This document shows, one piece after another, positions 44,563 to 54,003 of a stretch of DNA of 64,000 bases. Origin of the DNA: a virus (Duplodnaviria > Caudoviricetes); IMG/VR virus record IMGVR_UViG_3300033463_000014, positions 1 through 64,000 of that record; one strand, given 5' to 3'. The position numbers and the translations under genes are program-made. Position 1 is the first letter of the stretch. Every line of letters starts with the position of its first letter. The notes under the pieces were generated by a model. That model saw nothing but the letters and a program-made list of their open reading frames with translations. It was not told the origin of the DNA and made no database searches.

Positions 44563-46068
44563 TCAGTTCGACTTGCGGCACGCGAGGGCGTACCGGGCGA
44601 GGGCGGCGGGGTCTACACCCATCTCGGCGGCCTTCTTGCAGAACCCCTCGATGTACTTGGCCTCGTCGCCAGTCGGACTGGCGGATGCCGTCTTCTCGCG
44701 GATCTTGGCCTCGATGGCGTCCTTGCGGCGCTGCAGGCATGCGGCGACCTTTCCGAGAAGCCCGCCCTTCGCTGACGCGGCGCTGGCCCTGTTGGCGACG
44801 ACCGCGGAGGCGACCTTGCTGATGGCGTTTTTCCTGATCGCAGCGGCGGCGGTCTTCATGGCCTCCTCGGCGGCGGCGGCACCGGCCGCCTCGTCCTGGG
44901 CGTCCTGGATCGCCTGCGCGGCGTCGGCCTCTCCGGCCGCTGCGGCATCATCGGCGGCGGCGGCTTCAGCGCCGGCCCCGGAACCACCCTCGATCTCGCC
45001 TACGATGGCCTTGGCCTGCTCCGGTGTGATCTCCCCGCTCTCGAGCCCCTGCGCGATGATCTCGGCGGCCTCGTCCTCCGTGATGTCTCCGTTCTCACCG
45101 GCGGCCGGCTCGGATCCTTCGTCCCCGGCGAGCTCATCGACGAGGGCCTTGGCCGTGTCGACGTCGAGCTCTCCTGTGCGGACGAGGTCCACGATCGCGG
45201 CTCCGAGCTCTTCCTCCGTCACGTCCTCGGGGATCTGGACATCCCCAACGCCGGTGGCTGCATCGGCGGCGGCTGCATCGGCGGAACCTGCGTCAGCGGC
45301 GGCCTCGGCGGCCGCGGCGTCCTCGCCGGAGATTCCGGCCATGGCCATGGCGTTGTTCGCGGCTGCCTCGGCGGCGGCGGGATCAAGCCCGTCGGCCTGT
45401 GCGGCCTTCACGCAGGCGGCCTTGATCAGGGAGATGACGGACTCCCTGTCGGAGGCCTTCTTCTCCTGGGCCTTCTGGATAGCGTTCTCGGCGGCCCCGC
45501 GACCGGCCATGAACGCGGCACTCGCGGCGGCGATCTTGGAGATCGTTTCGTCGTCCAGGGCGATAGTCGTCTTGGAGGGGTTCTGAGGCACGTCCGTCTG
45601 GGCCTGCTTCTGGGCGGACGGTGCGGGCTGTGCCTGCTTCTGGGAGGCCTGCTTCTGTGTTTCCTGCTTCTGGGCGGCCTGCTTCTGCCCGCTGTCGATG
45701 TCGGACAAAAGGTCGTTGATGAGGCTGGCCATGCGGTCGGACGCCTCCTTGGCGCTGAGGGCGTCGTCCGTCACGAGGGGCTTCTCGTCCGGGTTCAGAA
45801 GCGGCTGGTCGACCTCAAGCTTGCCCTCGTTGAGAGGCTTTGCGTCGCCACCGTTCACGGCCCCCTCGGAGGATGTCGCTCCGGCGGGTAGGCCCTGCGT
45901 GACCTCCGGATCGGGTTTCTCAGCGTCCTTGGGGACTTTCTCGTCATGCTCGGAACCCGGAAGGGAGTCGACGCCGACAAGAGCCCCCGGTTCTGCAGCG
46001 AGCGTCTCGTTCGCAAGCTTCTCGAGCCTGTTGAACTGTTGGATGAGCTGGTTCAGCGGAAGTGCCAT
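44563..46068 (-). CDS. Scaffolding protein (501 aa)
   Basis: Acidic, Ala-rich low-complexity protein between the protease and MCP genes; more than 10 KxA motifs including QKQA repeats. Confidence 0.7.
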   Translation of the reverse strand: MALPLNQLIQQFNRLEKLANETLAAEPGALVGVDSLPGSEHDEKVPKDAEKPDPEVTQGLPAGATSSEGAVNGGDAKPLNEGKLEVDQPLLNPDEKPLVTDDALSAKEASDRMASLINDLLSDIDSGQKQAAQKQETQKQASQKQAQPAPSAQKQAQTDVPQNPSKTTIALDDETISKIAAASAAFMAGRGAAENAIQKAQEKKASDRESVISLIKAACVKAAQADGLDPAAAEAAANNAMAMAGISGEDAAAAEAAADAGSADAAAADAATGVGDVQIPEDVTEEELGAAIVDLVRTGELDVDTAKALVDELAGDEGSEPAAGENGDITEDEAAEIIAQGLESGEITPEQAKAIVGEIEGGSGAGAEAAAADDAAAAGEADAAQAIQDAQDEAAGAAAAEEAMKTAAAAIRKNAISKVASAVVANRASAASAKGGLLGKVAACLQRRKDAIEAKIREKTASASPTGDEAKYIEGFCKKAAEMGVDPAALARYALACRKSN

Positions 46069-46169
46069 TTTTACTCCTTTAGTTTGTCTTGTTCCGTCTT
46101 TCCTGCCTGCGCCGTCGGTCGCCGGCTAGTACGCGGAGTACTTCCCAAGCAACTTGGCTGACACAGTAA

Positions 46170-46198
46170 ATCATACATAATCCTCTGTGGCGTGTCAA
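46170..46198 (-). promoter_or_regulatory. Sigma70-consensus promoter TTGACA-N17-TATGAT for the scaffold-capsid operon
   Basis: Read directly; lies in the 126-nt intergenic region, with the -35 overlapping the protease stop. Confidence 0.75.
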
Positions 46199-47670
46199 CT
46201 CGCGGACGGCGACACCATGTCCTGCGCCGCTGCGATCGCGATCACGTCGTCCTCACGTATGCCGGCGCATGCCGGCCCTGACAGCGCCGCGGCCAGCGCG
46301 GCCACCTTGTACATCGCGTAGCGCCTGGCCAGCCTGTCCGCGACAGCGGAAACCTCGCCGTCCGCATCCGCGTCCGCGCTTTTCTCCATACGGACGAACT
46401 GCGGGCACTCCCCGGACGCCATGGCAGACAGAATTCCAGTCACGGCGTCCCATGCGGAGAACCCGCCGGCGGACGCGGACTTCGACAGGGCCTCGCGGAT
46501 CGGACCGGGGACCGGACTAGAGAGCGCGAGCGGGCAGGACGGGTCGTAAGACGCGCAGTTGCAGAACCCGGCGCACGACGCCGTCTTGACGGCCTCCGTT
46601 ATGATCCCGGGAACCCTGCGGGCGACATGGCCAGCGTATCGCACGACCTTCCCGTATTCGGGGCCGAACGCGTACTTCAGGAACGATTCGGCGTCGAGGA
46701 TGACGCCGGCGTTCCCGAGCGCGGCGAAGGCGTCGGAAGGGTCAAGGGCCCTGAGCGACGACAGAGTCTCCCCGTCCAGCCTGGCGCCTGCGAGCTTCCT
46801 GAGCTCGAACTCGTATGCCTCCCTAGCCCCCGACGGCTTCGCGCCGCCGAAAATCCACGAGTCCATCCTGGAATAGGCGCCGGCCAGCTTTTTCATGATC
46901 CCGAGCTTCCTGACCGCCAGGTCCGACTCGATGACCAGATCGTCAGGGAGTACGTATCCCTCGATCTCTGCCCGCTTGACGGAACTGCAGATGGGGATGT
47001 CCTCCGGCATGCCAGAAGCGACCTTCAGGCTCCACGCGATGCGGTCCGCTGGCCGGCCGACGAAGGAGATGTCGAACCACGTCGGCTCGTCATTGTAGGT
47101 CCCGATCTGACTGCCGTCCTCCGCGATCTTCCCGAGGCTGTATTTGACGTGGTCGCACTCGTTCTCGTCGCCCGCCTGCTTCCGTATGGCCCCGCAGCAT
47201 GAGCAGCGGTCAAAAGGCACCTTGGCCGCCATGCTGAAGCTGACCTCGCCGGTCTTCTCGAGGCGGTCAAGATGGTCGCGGGCCTTCTCGTTGTCCGCCC
47301 AGATGTACAGCTCGATCCTGTGCATGTCCGGGTTGTATGCCGCGGCCTTGATCTGACCGATTGCCTTTTCGGGGTCCTTGTTCCTGTGGTGCTGGAAGAC
47401 GTGGCCGTACTTCACGAACGTGTCGTGGTACTTGACGCACGCCTCCTTAGGGAACAGATCCCCGTTCCTGTTCATCGGGTACGCCTCTGAGTCCCCGAGG
47501 GCGACCAGGTGGATCCCCGTCATGCCATCCGGAGGCTTGAGCTGGTCGTACCCGCACCTGAAGATCGTGGAGGCCTGCTTTCTCATCTCGGACGCGGACT
47601 TCACGATCTCCCCGCCAACCCCGACGGACTGGCTGATGTCGGAAGAGTATGTGACCTTGATCATCGACAT
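46195..47670 (-). CDS. Prohead maturation protease (HK97/assemblin-like Ser-His protease with a CxxC insert, 491 aa)
   Basis: NRNGDLF, HVFQHH, SFSMAAKVPFDRCSCCG...CDH, FDISFVGRPAD motifs; upstream of the scaffold gene. Confidence 0.75.
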   Translation of the reverse strand: MSMIKVTYSSDISQSVGVGGEIVKSASEMRKQASTIFRCGYDQLKPPDGMTGIHLVALGDSEAYPMNRNGDLFPKEACVKYHDTFVKYGHVFQHHRNKDPEKAIGQIKAAAYNPDMHRIELYIWADNEKARDHLDRLEKTGEVSFSMAAKVPFDRCSCCGAIRKQAGDENECDHVKYSLGKIAEDGSQIGTYNDEPTWFDISFVGRPADRIAWSLKVASGMPEDIPICSSVKRAEIEGYVLPDDLVIESDLAVRKLGIMKKLAGAYSRMDSWIFGGAKPSGAREAYEFELRKLAGARLDGETLSSLRALDPSDAFAALGNAGVILDAESFLKYAFGPEYGKVVRYAGHVARRVPGIITEAVKTASCAGFCNCASYDPSCPLALSSPVPGPIREALSKSASAGGFSAWDAVTGILSAMASGECPQFVRMEKSADADADGEVSAVADRLARRYAMYKVAALAAALSGPACAGIREDDVIAIAAAQDMVSPSAS

Positions 47671-47710
47671 GAATCACCCCTCTTTGAATAAACAAACTAC
47701 TCCAGAAGAT

Positions 47711-48781
47711 CTATTGATCCCCCAGAAGTTCTATTGCTCTATTGAGGTTATCCACACCGCCGCTGTTCATGTTAGCCAATACGGACAGTAACCCGCCGGC
47801 GAGTGCCGACGCTCCTCCTGCAGCAGCGGGCGTCCTGCTTGCCCTGTACCTATGATCGGATCCTTTTATCTTTACTACTCCTTTTGGCTGAGCTCCCGGT
47901 TCTTTGCTAGCAGTCAATGCTTTGTAATTACTGGCTGCTTCTGCAGCATTGACACCTCTACGAGCATCTGAAACAGCTTTGTTTTTACCTCCTGGATTTG
48001 TGAAGGTATTTGCTTTCGCATTGCTCACTTCACCCAAACCAACCTTCGAATTCGCAAATGCCAAATTAGCGTCAGTAACGTTTTTAGCATCTCTCAGAAA
48101 ATCTGACCATTTCGCATTATAATCCCTTGCGCTAAGCAAGTTACCAATGTATTTTCCGAGCCCCCAAGCTCCTCCTGCATAAAACGGAATACTAGCCAAA
48201 TTTTCGACTGTACCAGCGAGGTTCCCCTCCGAAGCCAACCCTTCTAACGTTCCTTTCGGATCCGCTCCCGTGGCCGCCCTTCTCGCCTCTGCGTAATTAG
48301 TATCACGGCCTTTGCGAATACCGCTGATAAGATCGAGCACTTCGCTGGTATCCGCGGCTTTCTTCTTAAGCATGTCACCGAGGGCATAACCACCGTAAAT
48401 TCCAAGTCCAGCCGCGCCTAGTGGAAGGATCTTGGAAAGTGCGCGCCTCCACGCCGGCTTCCTTTTCCCGTTTTCGTCATTATCTCCACCGGCGAGCTCA
48501 GAGGCAACCGAATGAGACAGAAGCCCACCACCAGCCATAAGGGCCAGCGTTGTCCAGTCGAGATCTTTCACGGACGGGGCGGGACTCTCCGCCTCCCCAT
48601 CTAGACCATTGGCCGCGGCGTTACTGATCTGCTCTTTAACTTTCTCCAGTTTCCTCTCGGCCCTCCTGCTGTCCACGGGAACGAGAAAATCGTACCATGA
48701 CCTAGGAAGAACGGACTTCACAACATTCATATCATCACCATTCTTTCTCTGACTTCTATCAGTAGAGTGTTCCAGCATCAA
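47711..48781 (-). CDS. Lower-GC hydrophobic protein, putative internal head/ejection protein (~340-356 aa)
   Basis: Gly-rich hydrophobic segments; LKKKAAD motif; visibly lower GC. Confidence 0.55.
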   Translation of the reverse strand: MMLEHSTDRSQRKNGDDMNVVKSVLPRSWYDFLVPVDSRRAERKLEKVKEQISNAAANGLDGEAESPAPSVKDLDWTTLALMAGGGLLSHSVASELAGGDNDENGKRKPAWRRALSKILPLGAAGLGIYGGYALGDMLKKKAADTSEVLDLISGIRKGRDTNYAEARRAATGADPKGTLEGLASEGNLAGTVENLASIPFYAGGAWGLGKYIGNLLSARDYNAKWSDFLRDAKNVTDANLAFANSKVGLGEVSNAKANTFTNPGGKNKAVSDARRGVNAAEAASNYKALTASKEPGAQPKGVVKIKGSDHRYRASRTPAAAGGASALAGGLLSVLANMNSGGVDNLNRAIELLGDQ

Positions 48782-49200
48782 ATCTCAACAACCTCTTCCG
48801 TCGGGATCTGCGCCGTGAAGCTGGCGCGGAGATCATCAACGGCGCCCTCGATCCGTCCAATGACGATCTCCTTCCACTCGTTCCCGACGGCCCTCGCCTC
48901 TCCTACGGAAGAGTAGTCCCTAGAGTCGAAGCTACGCATGTACGGGAAGCCATGCAGGACCCTGACATACTCGTCGCCGAAAGTGACCGTCTTCTCCGGA
49001 TCCACGGAGGCCGACCTTGCCGACGCGCCCTGTGACTTAATCGTGGTGTCCGAGTACGTGTAGGTGACGTCTCCACCGACGTTGATCTCCGGCTCGCCGT
49101 ACTGGACCATCAGCTCAAGGTCTCTCTCGCTCCAGTCCTCTGTGTTGATCAGAACCCTGAAGACCGAATCGTCCATTGAAAGAAAAACGCGAATCTTCAC
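48778..49200 (-). CDS. Hypothetical protein (140 aa)
   Basis: GGAGG RBS before GTG; packs tightly between neighbours. Confidence 0.6.
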   Translation of the reverse strand: MKIRVFLSMDDSVFRVLINTEDWSERDLELMVQYGEPEINVGGDVTYTYSDTTIKSQGASARSASVDPEKTVTFGDEYVRVLHGFPYMRSFDSRDYSSVGEARAVGNEWKEIVIGRIEGAVDDLRASFTAQIPTEEVVEI

Positions 49201-49208
49201 GGAACCTC

Positions 49209-50681
49209 CTAGAGATAGTTGGAATCCTTGATCGAGCTGTCCAGCCTCGTAAGGTCCTCGACGTTCGACATCCTTATCCCCTTGTCCACGTCAGTCATGA
49301 CCTTCATGTCCGCAGGAGACACGGCGACCGAGTTCACCGCGGACCTGAGGACGGACCTCACCATGGCCTTGTCAAGGGATATGCGGGGGGACGACATGAC
49401 GATCGACTTGTACACCTCCGCTACGACGTTCGGATCGGCGTCACGGATGATGGGGTCGTTTGCCATCAGGTCGTCAAGCAGCATCGACCTCCTGACGTTG
49501 AGAAGCATCTCGTCCTCACCCGACAGCTTGCCGTTGTCCGAAAGCGCCTTAAGCGCCGGGCTGAAGCTCACGGTCGGCAATATGTTCGCTATCGGGGCGG
49601 CGTCCTTCTCGATTTCCGTACCGGTCCCGTCTGAGGTGAGGGAACCATCCGCCATCTCACTGATGACAGACGCCAGTTTATCGCTCAGACGGCTGTCCGC
49701 GATGGTGTCCCATCCCGTACCGTTTGACGATCCTGAAACGTCTCCTTCAGGCTTGCCGTCAGGGGCATCCATGCCAGACGCTACCGGTTCGGCAGGGTCG
49801 AAAAAATCCGAAAGCGAAGACCCTCCTGCGTTATCATCCGGAAGTCCTGTGACGGAGGACTCAGCCTCCTCCGCTTTCTTGATGTAGAACGCCTCCTTGC
49901 CCCTGAACTCGGATGCCATGCCGAGAATGGTGTCGACCTCCTCGGCCATCTTGAGCAGGTCTTCCACGGGGGACGCGTCAAACACGGCGGACGACGCGAA
50001 CGCACCTCCGTCGGACGACGCGACGGACCCGCATACAGAGGAAACGAGTGAAAGGGCTTTGCCCGCCGTACAGGCCGATTTGAACATGGCGGCCGTTGTT
50101 TCCGGATCTTTGGACATCTCGATCGCCTCGGCGATCTTAACGGCCCGTTCGCGCGCGGCGATGTCCATCTCCCTGGAGAGACTTCCCGCCATCTCGCCGG
50201 CGGACTTCAGGAGATCGATGTCCCCGAAAATCATCTTCAGCACGCTCGCGCTCGACATTCCGGACGTTCCGTCATCATCCTCCCTTGACGAGGCCTCCTT
50301 CACGGCGGAACTGAATCCGGCATCCATGGCCTCCATCGTGGCGTTCGTTTTCGAAGGCGGATTCGCGTAGAAAGAGTAATCGCATACGTTTCCGGTTTCT
50401 GACGAAGCGGCCTTTTTGAGCCCGCCGTCCGACGCGCCGTCAAGGAGGATCTTGGCTACAGCCTCCTTGCTCGCCAGCTCGCAGGCCCCTGTCGGGTCGT
50501 TCTTGTCGCGCTCCTTGCTGATCGCGGCGAGCGTGTTGAACATCTCGACCAGACGGTCGGTCTGGTTACCGTTGAAATCGGCAGCCGACGCGGCCTTGGC
50601 AACCGCGTCGTTCGCGCCCATCCCGCCGTTGTAGTCCGCGGCAGCGGATTTCACGGCCTCCATCAGCTTTTCTTTAATCAT
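49209..50681 (-). CDS. Head-module protein (490 aa), putative prohead core protein
   Basis: Own promoter; Ala/Ser-rich; many KxA motifs (KSAA, KKAAS, KEAS, KSAG, KDAA). Confidence 0.6.
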   Translation of the reverse strand: MIKEKLMEAVKSAAADYNGGMGANDAVAKAASAADFNGNQTDRLVEMFNTLAAISKERDKNDPTGACELASKEAVAKILLDGASDGGLKKAASSETGNVCDYSFYANPPSKTNATMEAMDAGFSSAVKEASSREDDDGTSGMSSASVLKMIFGDIDLLKSAGEMAGSLSREMDIAARERAVKIAEAIEMSKDPETTAAMFKSACTAGKALSLVSSVCGSVASSDGGAFASSAVFDASPVEDLLKMAEEVDTILGMASEFRGKEAFYIKKAEEAESSVTGLPDDNAGGSSLSDFFDPAEPVASGMDAPDGKPEGDVSGSSNGTGWDTIADSRLSDKLASVISEMADGSLTSDGTGTEIEKDAAPIANILPTVSFSPALKALSDNGKLSGEDEMLLNVRRSMLLDDLMANDPIIRDADPNVVAEVYKSIVMSSPRISLDKAMVRSVLRSAVNSVAVSPADMKVMTDVDKGIRMSNVEDLTRLDSSIKDSNYL

Positions 50682-50710
50682 GGGACAAAAGTCTCCTTAG
50701 TCATGTCATG

Positions 50711-50739
50711 ATTATACCGAATAAAACGTGTAGAGTCTA
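50711..50739 (-). promoter_or_regulatory. Sigma70-type promoter TAGACT-N17-TATAAT (CGG before the -10)
   Basis: 29 nt upstream of ATG 50681. Confidence 0.65.
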
Positions 50740-51978
50740 ACCGCCAATCTCGAGCCGGGACAGGTAATCGTCCAGCGCTTTCATTTTCTCTTTTCTTATG
50801 CCATCTGCCTTCGGAAAATCCTTGTGGATTGACTTAACCATCTCAGACGCCATTTCGCGGCTCCACGGCTTTCCAAGGATCTCGTCGTACATCCTGTTCT
50901 TCGCATACGTGTCCCATATCACCTTGTCTTCATCGTTAAGCACGCCTTTCATTCTCTTGAGTAACTCCATACCCTCGTATTCCTTGGGCCTGATTTCCTC
51001 GCCTTCCATTATTTTCCCAAGAACCCTGTCTATCTTGTACCTTAACTCTGCCCTTTTTCTGTCGACCCTGTTTCCCTGAGCCCCGATTTCCGCGGCTGCG
51101 GTCTGGAGAGGGGCAACCATATACAACGGGAACTTAGCCGCTTCGGTCACAGCGGACCGGACACCTTTCCTTATACCATTCTCCAAGCCTTCGGATCTCG
51201 CCGACTTCCCTCCTTCTGACAGTCCAATTCCGGCAACGAAAGCTGGCAACGCGTACTTCCCTCCGAGGAAGAAGCTCGGGAACGCGTATCCGTTAAGAGC
51301 GGATCCCGCTATCTCTCCCGAGTTTCCTCCCTTGAGGTACGTTCCTATACCCTCCTTCGCGCCCATGGAAACGCCTATAGGTGTCTTGAGCTTACTGAGG
51401 GCGCCGAACGCCTTACCAAATCCTGACGCCACAGCGCTGCCTCCGGGAATCTTTGATGCGACACTTCTCATGGCGCCAGACACACCCCTCGCCATGGGAA
51501 CAATGCCGAGCCTTTTGAGGAGGACGGCCGCTGAGTTTGCCCCGACCATACCTGCTGTCGCCTCAGGGAGATAGGATCCGGCCGCCATTACCTTCTCAAG
51601 CGGGGTCCCCTTCTCGAATGCGTATTCCCTTCCAGCATCCAAGGCCGACTGAAGGCTAGGGTTTCCGAGCGCCCCGTACCATCCCCTGTATGCCATGTCA
51701 GGGTTTGCGCCGTTGACAGACCCGGAACCTCCGTTCCATTTGCCCTTTCCGGATGTCATGACGGACTTCTGTTCTCCGCCAGGAGCGACATTTTTCCACG
51801 CCCTTATCTGCGGTACCGGTCTTCCTGAACTATCAAGCATGTGTCCGGAAGGCGATCTCGCGTCCCTGTTGTAGCCATGGTATCCCTCAAGCCACTCCGC
51901 CGGCCTCATCTGCGCTGTCTTCAACATGTCTACCCACGACGTCTTTCCTTCCATCGCCATACTGAACCCTCCTGACAT
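50737..51978 (-). CDS. Hypothetical Gly/Ala-rich protein, putative internal head protein (413 aa)
   Basis: N-terminal MLKTAQ motif; amphipathic/hydrophobic middle region; lower GC. Confidence 0.55.
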   Translation of the reverse strand: MSGGFSMAMEGKTSWVDMLKTAQMRPAEWLEGYHGYNRDARSPSGHMLDSSGRPVPQIRAWKNVAPGGEQKSVMTSGKGKWNGGSGSVNGANPDMAYRGWYGALGNPSLQSALDAGREYAFEKGTPLEKVMAAGSYLPEATAGMVGANSAAVLLKRLGIVPMARGVSGAMRSVASKIPGGSAVASGFGKAFGALSKLKTPIGVSMGAKEGIGTYLKGGNSGEIAGSALNGYAFPSFFLGGKYALPAFVAGIGLSEGGKSARSEGLENGIRKGVRSAVTEAAKFPLYMVAPLQTAAAEIGAQGNRVDRKRAELRYKIDRVLGKIMEGEEIRPKEYEGMELLKRMKGVLNDEDKVIWDTYAKNRMYDEILGKPWSREMASEMVKSIHKDFPKADGIRKEKMKALDDYLSRLEIGG

Positions 51979-51995
51979 TTATGTTCATCAATGAA

Positions 51996-53642
51996 TCAGT
52001 TCTTTCTCCTTGCCCTGTCAGCCTGTCCTCCTGCGTCTTTTGCAGCTTGGCTAATCATCCCGCCGGAAAGATCATCAAGCCGAGACACAATGTCTGGATG
52101 TTTCTCAATAAACGGGACGAAGTCTCTCCACCCCTTTTCAATCGACGGGAAAAGTCCGATTGTCTTACTGTTGAACCCTATGTCCCCAAGAGCTGTTTTA
52201 GGCATAAAAACGTATGGCCCGACGTTGTCAAAAAACCTTAGAAGCTCGTCGTAATGTCTCTTCATGGACTCTTCTGTATGGTATGCGCCGGTTCTCCTTA
52301 TGTCTGCGACAACCTTCTTGAGAGCATTAGACCCCTCCAGAGTGGGCGCTGACGCCGAGTAGTCCCAGAAAGGCCTCTTGATCCCGTACCCTTTCATGTC
52401 TGACACGTCTCCGAAACCACCGTTTATGTACGCCGACAGGACATTCCTTGAGGCAGGATACCTTGCGGATGTCCACTTTATCGCATCCATGACAGCGCGG
52501 TCGAGACCGTTTGTCTCTACAGCATCTTTCTGTTCGGCAGACCATCCTTTTCGTTTCGCGTACAAACCCATGACTCCCGGCATGGCGTATGCGAGATTTC
52601 CAATGTAAGCCGATTCTCCTTCCGGCCGCCGATATCCGCTGTCTGGCAACATCCCGGCGGCAAGATATGTCAGTGGGGCAACCCTTACGTCCTCCTTAAT
52701 GCCGTAGACCCCGGGGTTTTCCCCATTAGACGGAACGACTTGAGGCTCTATGGCCGAGACTGCACGCTCGATTGGTCCGACCCTAGGCTTATAAATAAAA
52801 AGCTCCTCGTCATCAGGGTCCGCGAACGCATTCTCCCAAAGGTACACGTTTTTTGGCCTAGGGATATAACCTGTTCCTACTCCTTTTTCCTGGTTCTTCC
52901 GTACGAGCTCCCTAAATGATTCATTGAACGCACGATAATCATTTTTCGTTTTAGCCGTTGCTGCCCTATCGAACAGCGCGACCTCGGGGATTGCGGCCCT
53001 TGCGAGACGAGGATGAAGCGCATCAGGAGTTAAGGTTTCCGCAATCCACTTTCCGAAATCAGCTTTTTTGAGCATCCTCCTTTTCTTCTTCTTCTCCCTG
53101 AGAGCCCTTACCTTTTCCGCTATAACAAACGAGAGCGCTATGGCGCCAGCGACAGATCCTGCTATCTGCGCACCATTACGGACAAGATCCATCCATCGCG
53201 GAACCTGATTTTCTCCTGGAACTTTTGATAATGTCCTATTCCTCCGTCTCCTTCCTCTTCGACTTTTAGATGATCTGGATTTTTCACGTAAAGATTTTTC
53301 GATTTCCGATCCAGAACCGGGAGAAGGGTCAGAAGTGGGAGAAGGGTCAGAACTGGATGATGTCCCAGAAGGGGCTAGAGTGGCAGAAGAGTCTTCTGTC
53401 CCTACGTAAGTGGCCCACCTACCCATTTCTTTAATATCCTTATCCGAGTATACGTCCTGTTTTCGCGAATTGAACGATCTTTCAGCAAAAGATCTCACTA
53501 TTGGAGCGCCCCATTCGTCCCAATCATTTATCCTTTTTCTATCATAAGGCGTACTTCCTGCTATTAACACTTTTAGAGGATCGGGAAGTCGGCTGAAATC
53601 GATTCGTCCTTCTCTCAATGCATTTTCAAGCGTTTTATCCAT
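51996..53642 (-). CDS. Hypothetical modular protein (548 aa) with a Ser-rich linker, basic patches and one hydrophobic helix
   Basis: SGTSSSSDPSPTSDPSPGSGS; IAGSVAGAIALSFVIA; MLKKAD motif; lower GC. Confidence 0.6.
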   Translation of the reverse strand: MDKTLENALREGRIDFSRLPDPLKVLIAGSTPYDRKRINDWDEWGAPIVRSFAERSFNSRKQDVYSDKDIKEMGRWATYVGTEDSSATLAPSGTSSSSDPSPTSDPSPGSGSEIEKSLREKSRSSKSRRGRRRRNRTLSKVPGENQVPRWMDLVRNGAQIAGSVAGAIALSFVIAEKVRALREKKKKRRMLKKADFGKWIAETLTPDALHPRLARAAIPEVALFDRAATAKTKNDYRAFNESFRELVRKNQEKGVGTGYIPRPKNVYLWENAFADPDDEELFIYKPRVGPIERAVSAIEPQVVPSNGENPGVYGIKEDVRVAPLTYLAAGMLPDSGYRRPEGESAYIGNLAYAMPGVMGLYAKRKGWSAEQKDAVETNGLDRAVMDAIKWTSARYPASRNVLSAYINGGFGDVSDMKGYGIKRPFWDYSASAPTLEGSNALKKVVADIRRTGAYHTEESMKRHYDELLRFFDNVGPYVFMPKTALGDIGFNSKTIGLFPSIEKGWRDFVPFIEKHPDIVSRLDDLSGGMISQAAKDAGGQADRARRKN

Positions 53643-53659
53643 ACAAACCCACCTTCACT

Positions 53660-53989
53660 TCATTTTCGATCTATCGGGTATAGAACCGTGTCGGCAACCG
53701 CCTCCAGGCACGTGTCCGCAGCCGGTATAACGGAGACAGGCACCGACAATACATTATACCATGAAAACCTGAATACGCCGTCCGTCGCCATCATCTGCGG
53801 GAACGCCGTAACGGCCGTCCACGACGCCATCTCCCTCGTGGACTGGTAGGGCCTCTCTATCCTCGCGTCCGTCCACGGGCATCGGTTGTAGACGTTCATG
53901 CAGCCGGACGATATCGCAAGGACGGCCGCCAAAAGCGCCGGTATTACGATGCGGGCAGGGATAAGAACACATTTTGTCGCATAGTCCAT
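53660..53989 (-). CDS. YceK/YidQ (DUF1375)-like lipoprotein (109 aa; start reassigned to MDYATK)
   Basis: Signal/lipobox LLAAVLAISSG-C; PYQST; C-terminal DTCLEAVADTVLYP. Confidence 0.6.
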   Translation of the reverse strand: MDYATKCVLIPARIVIPALLAAVLAISSGCMNVYNRCPWTDARIERPYQSTREMASWTAVTAFPQMMATDGVFRFSWYNVLSVPVSVIPAADTCLEAVADTVLYPIDRK

Positions 53990-54003
53990 CAAGCTCGCCA
54001 CAA

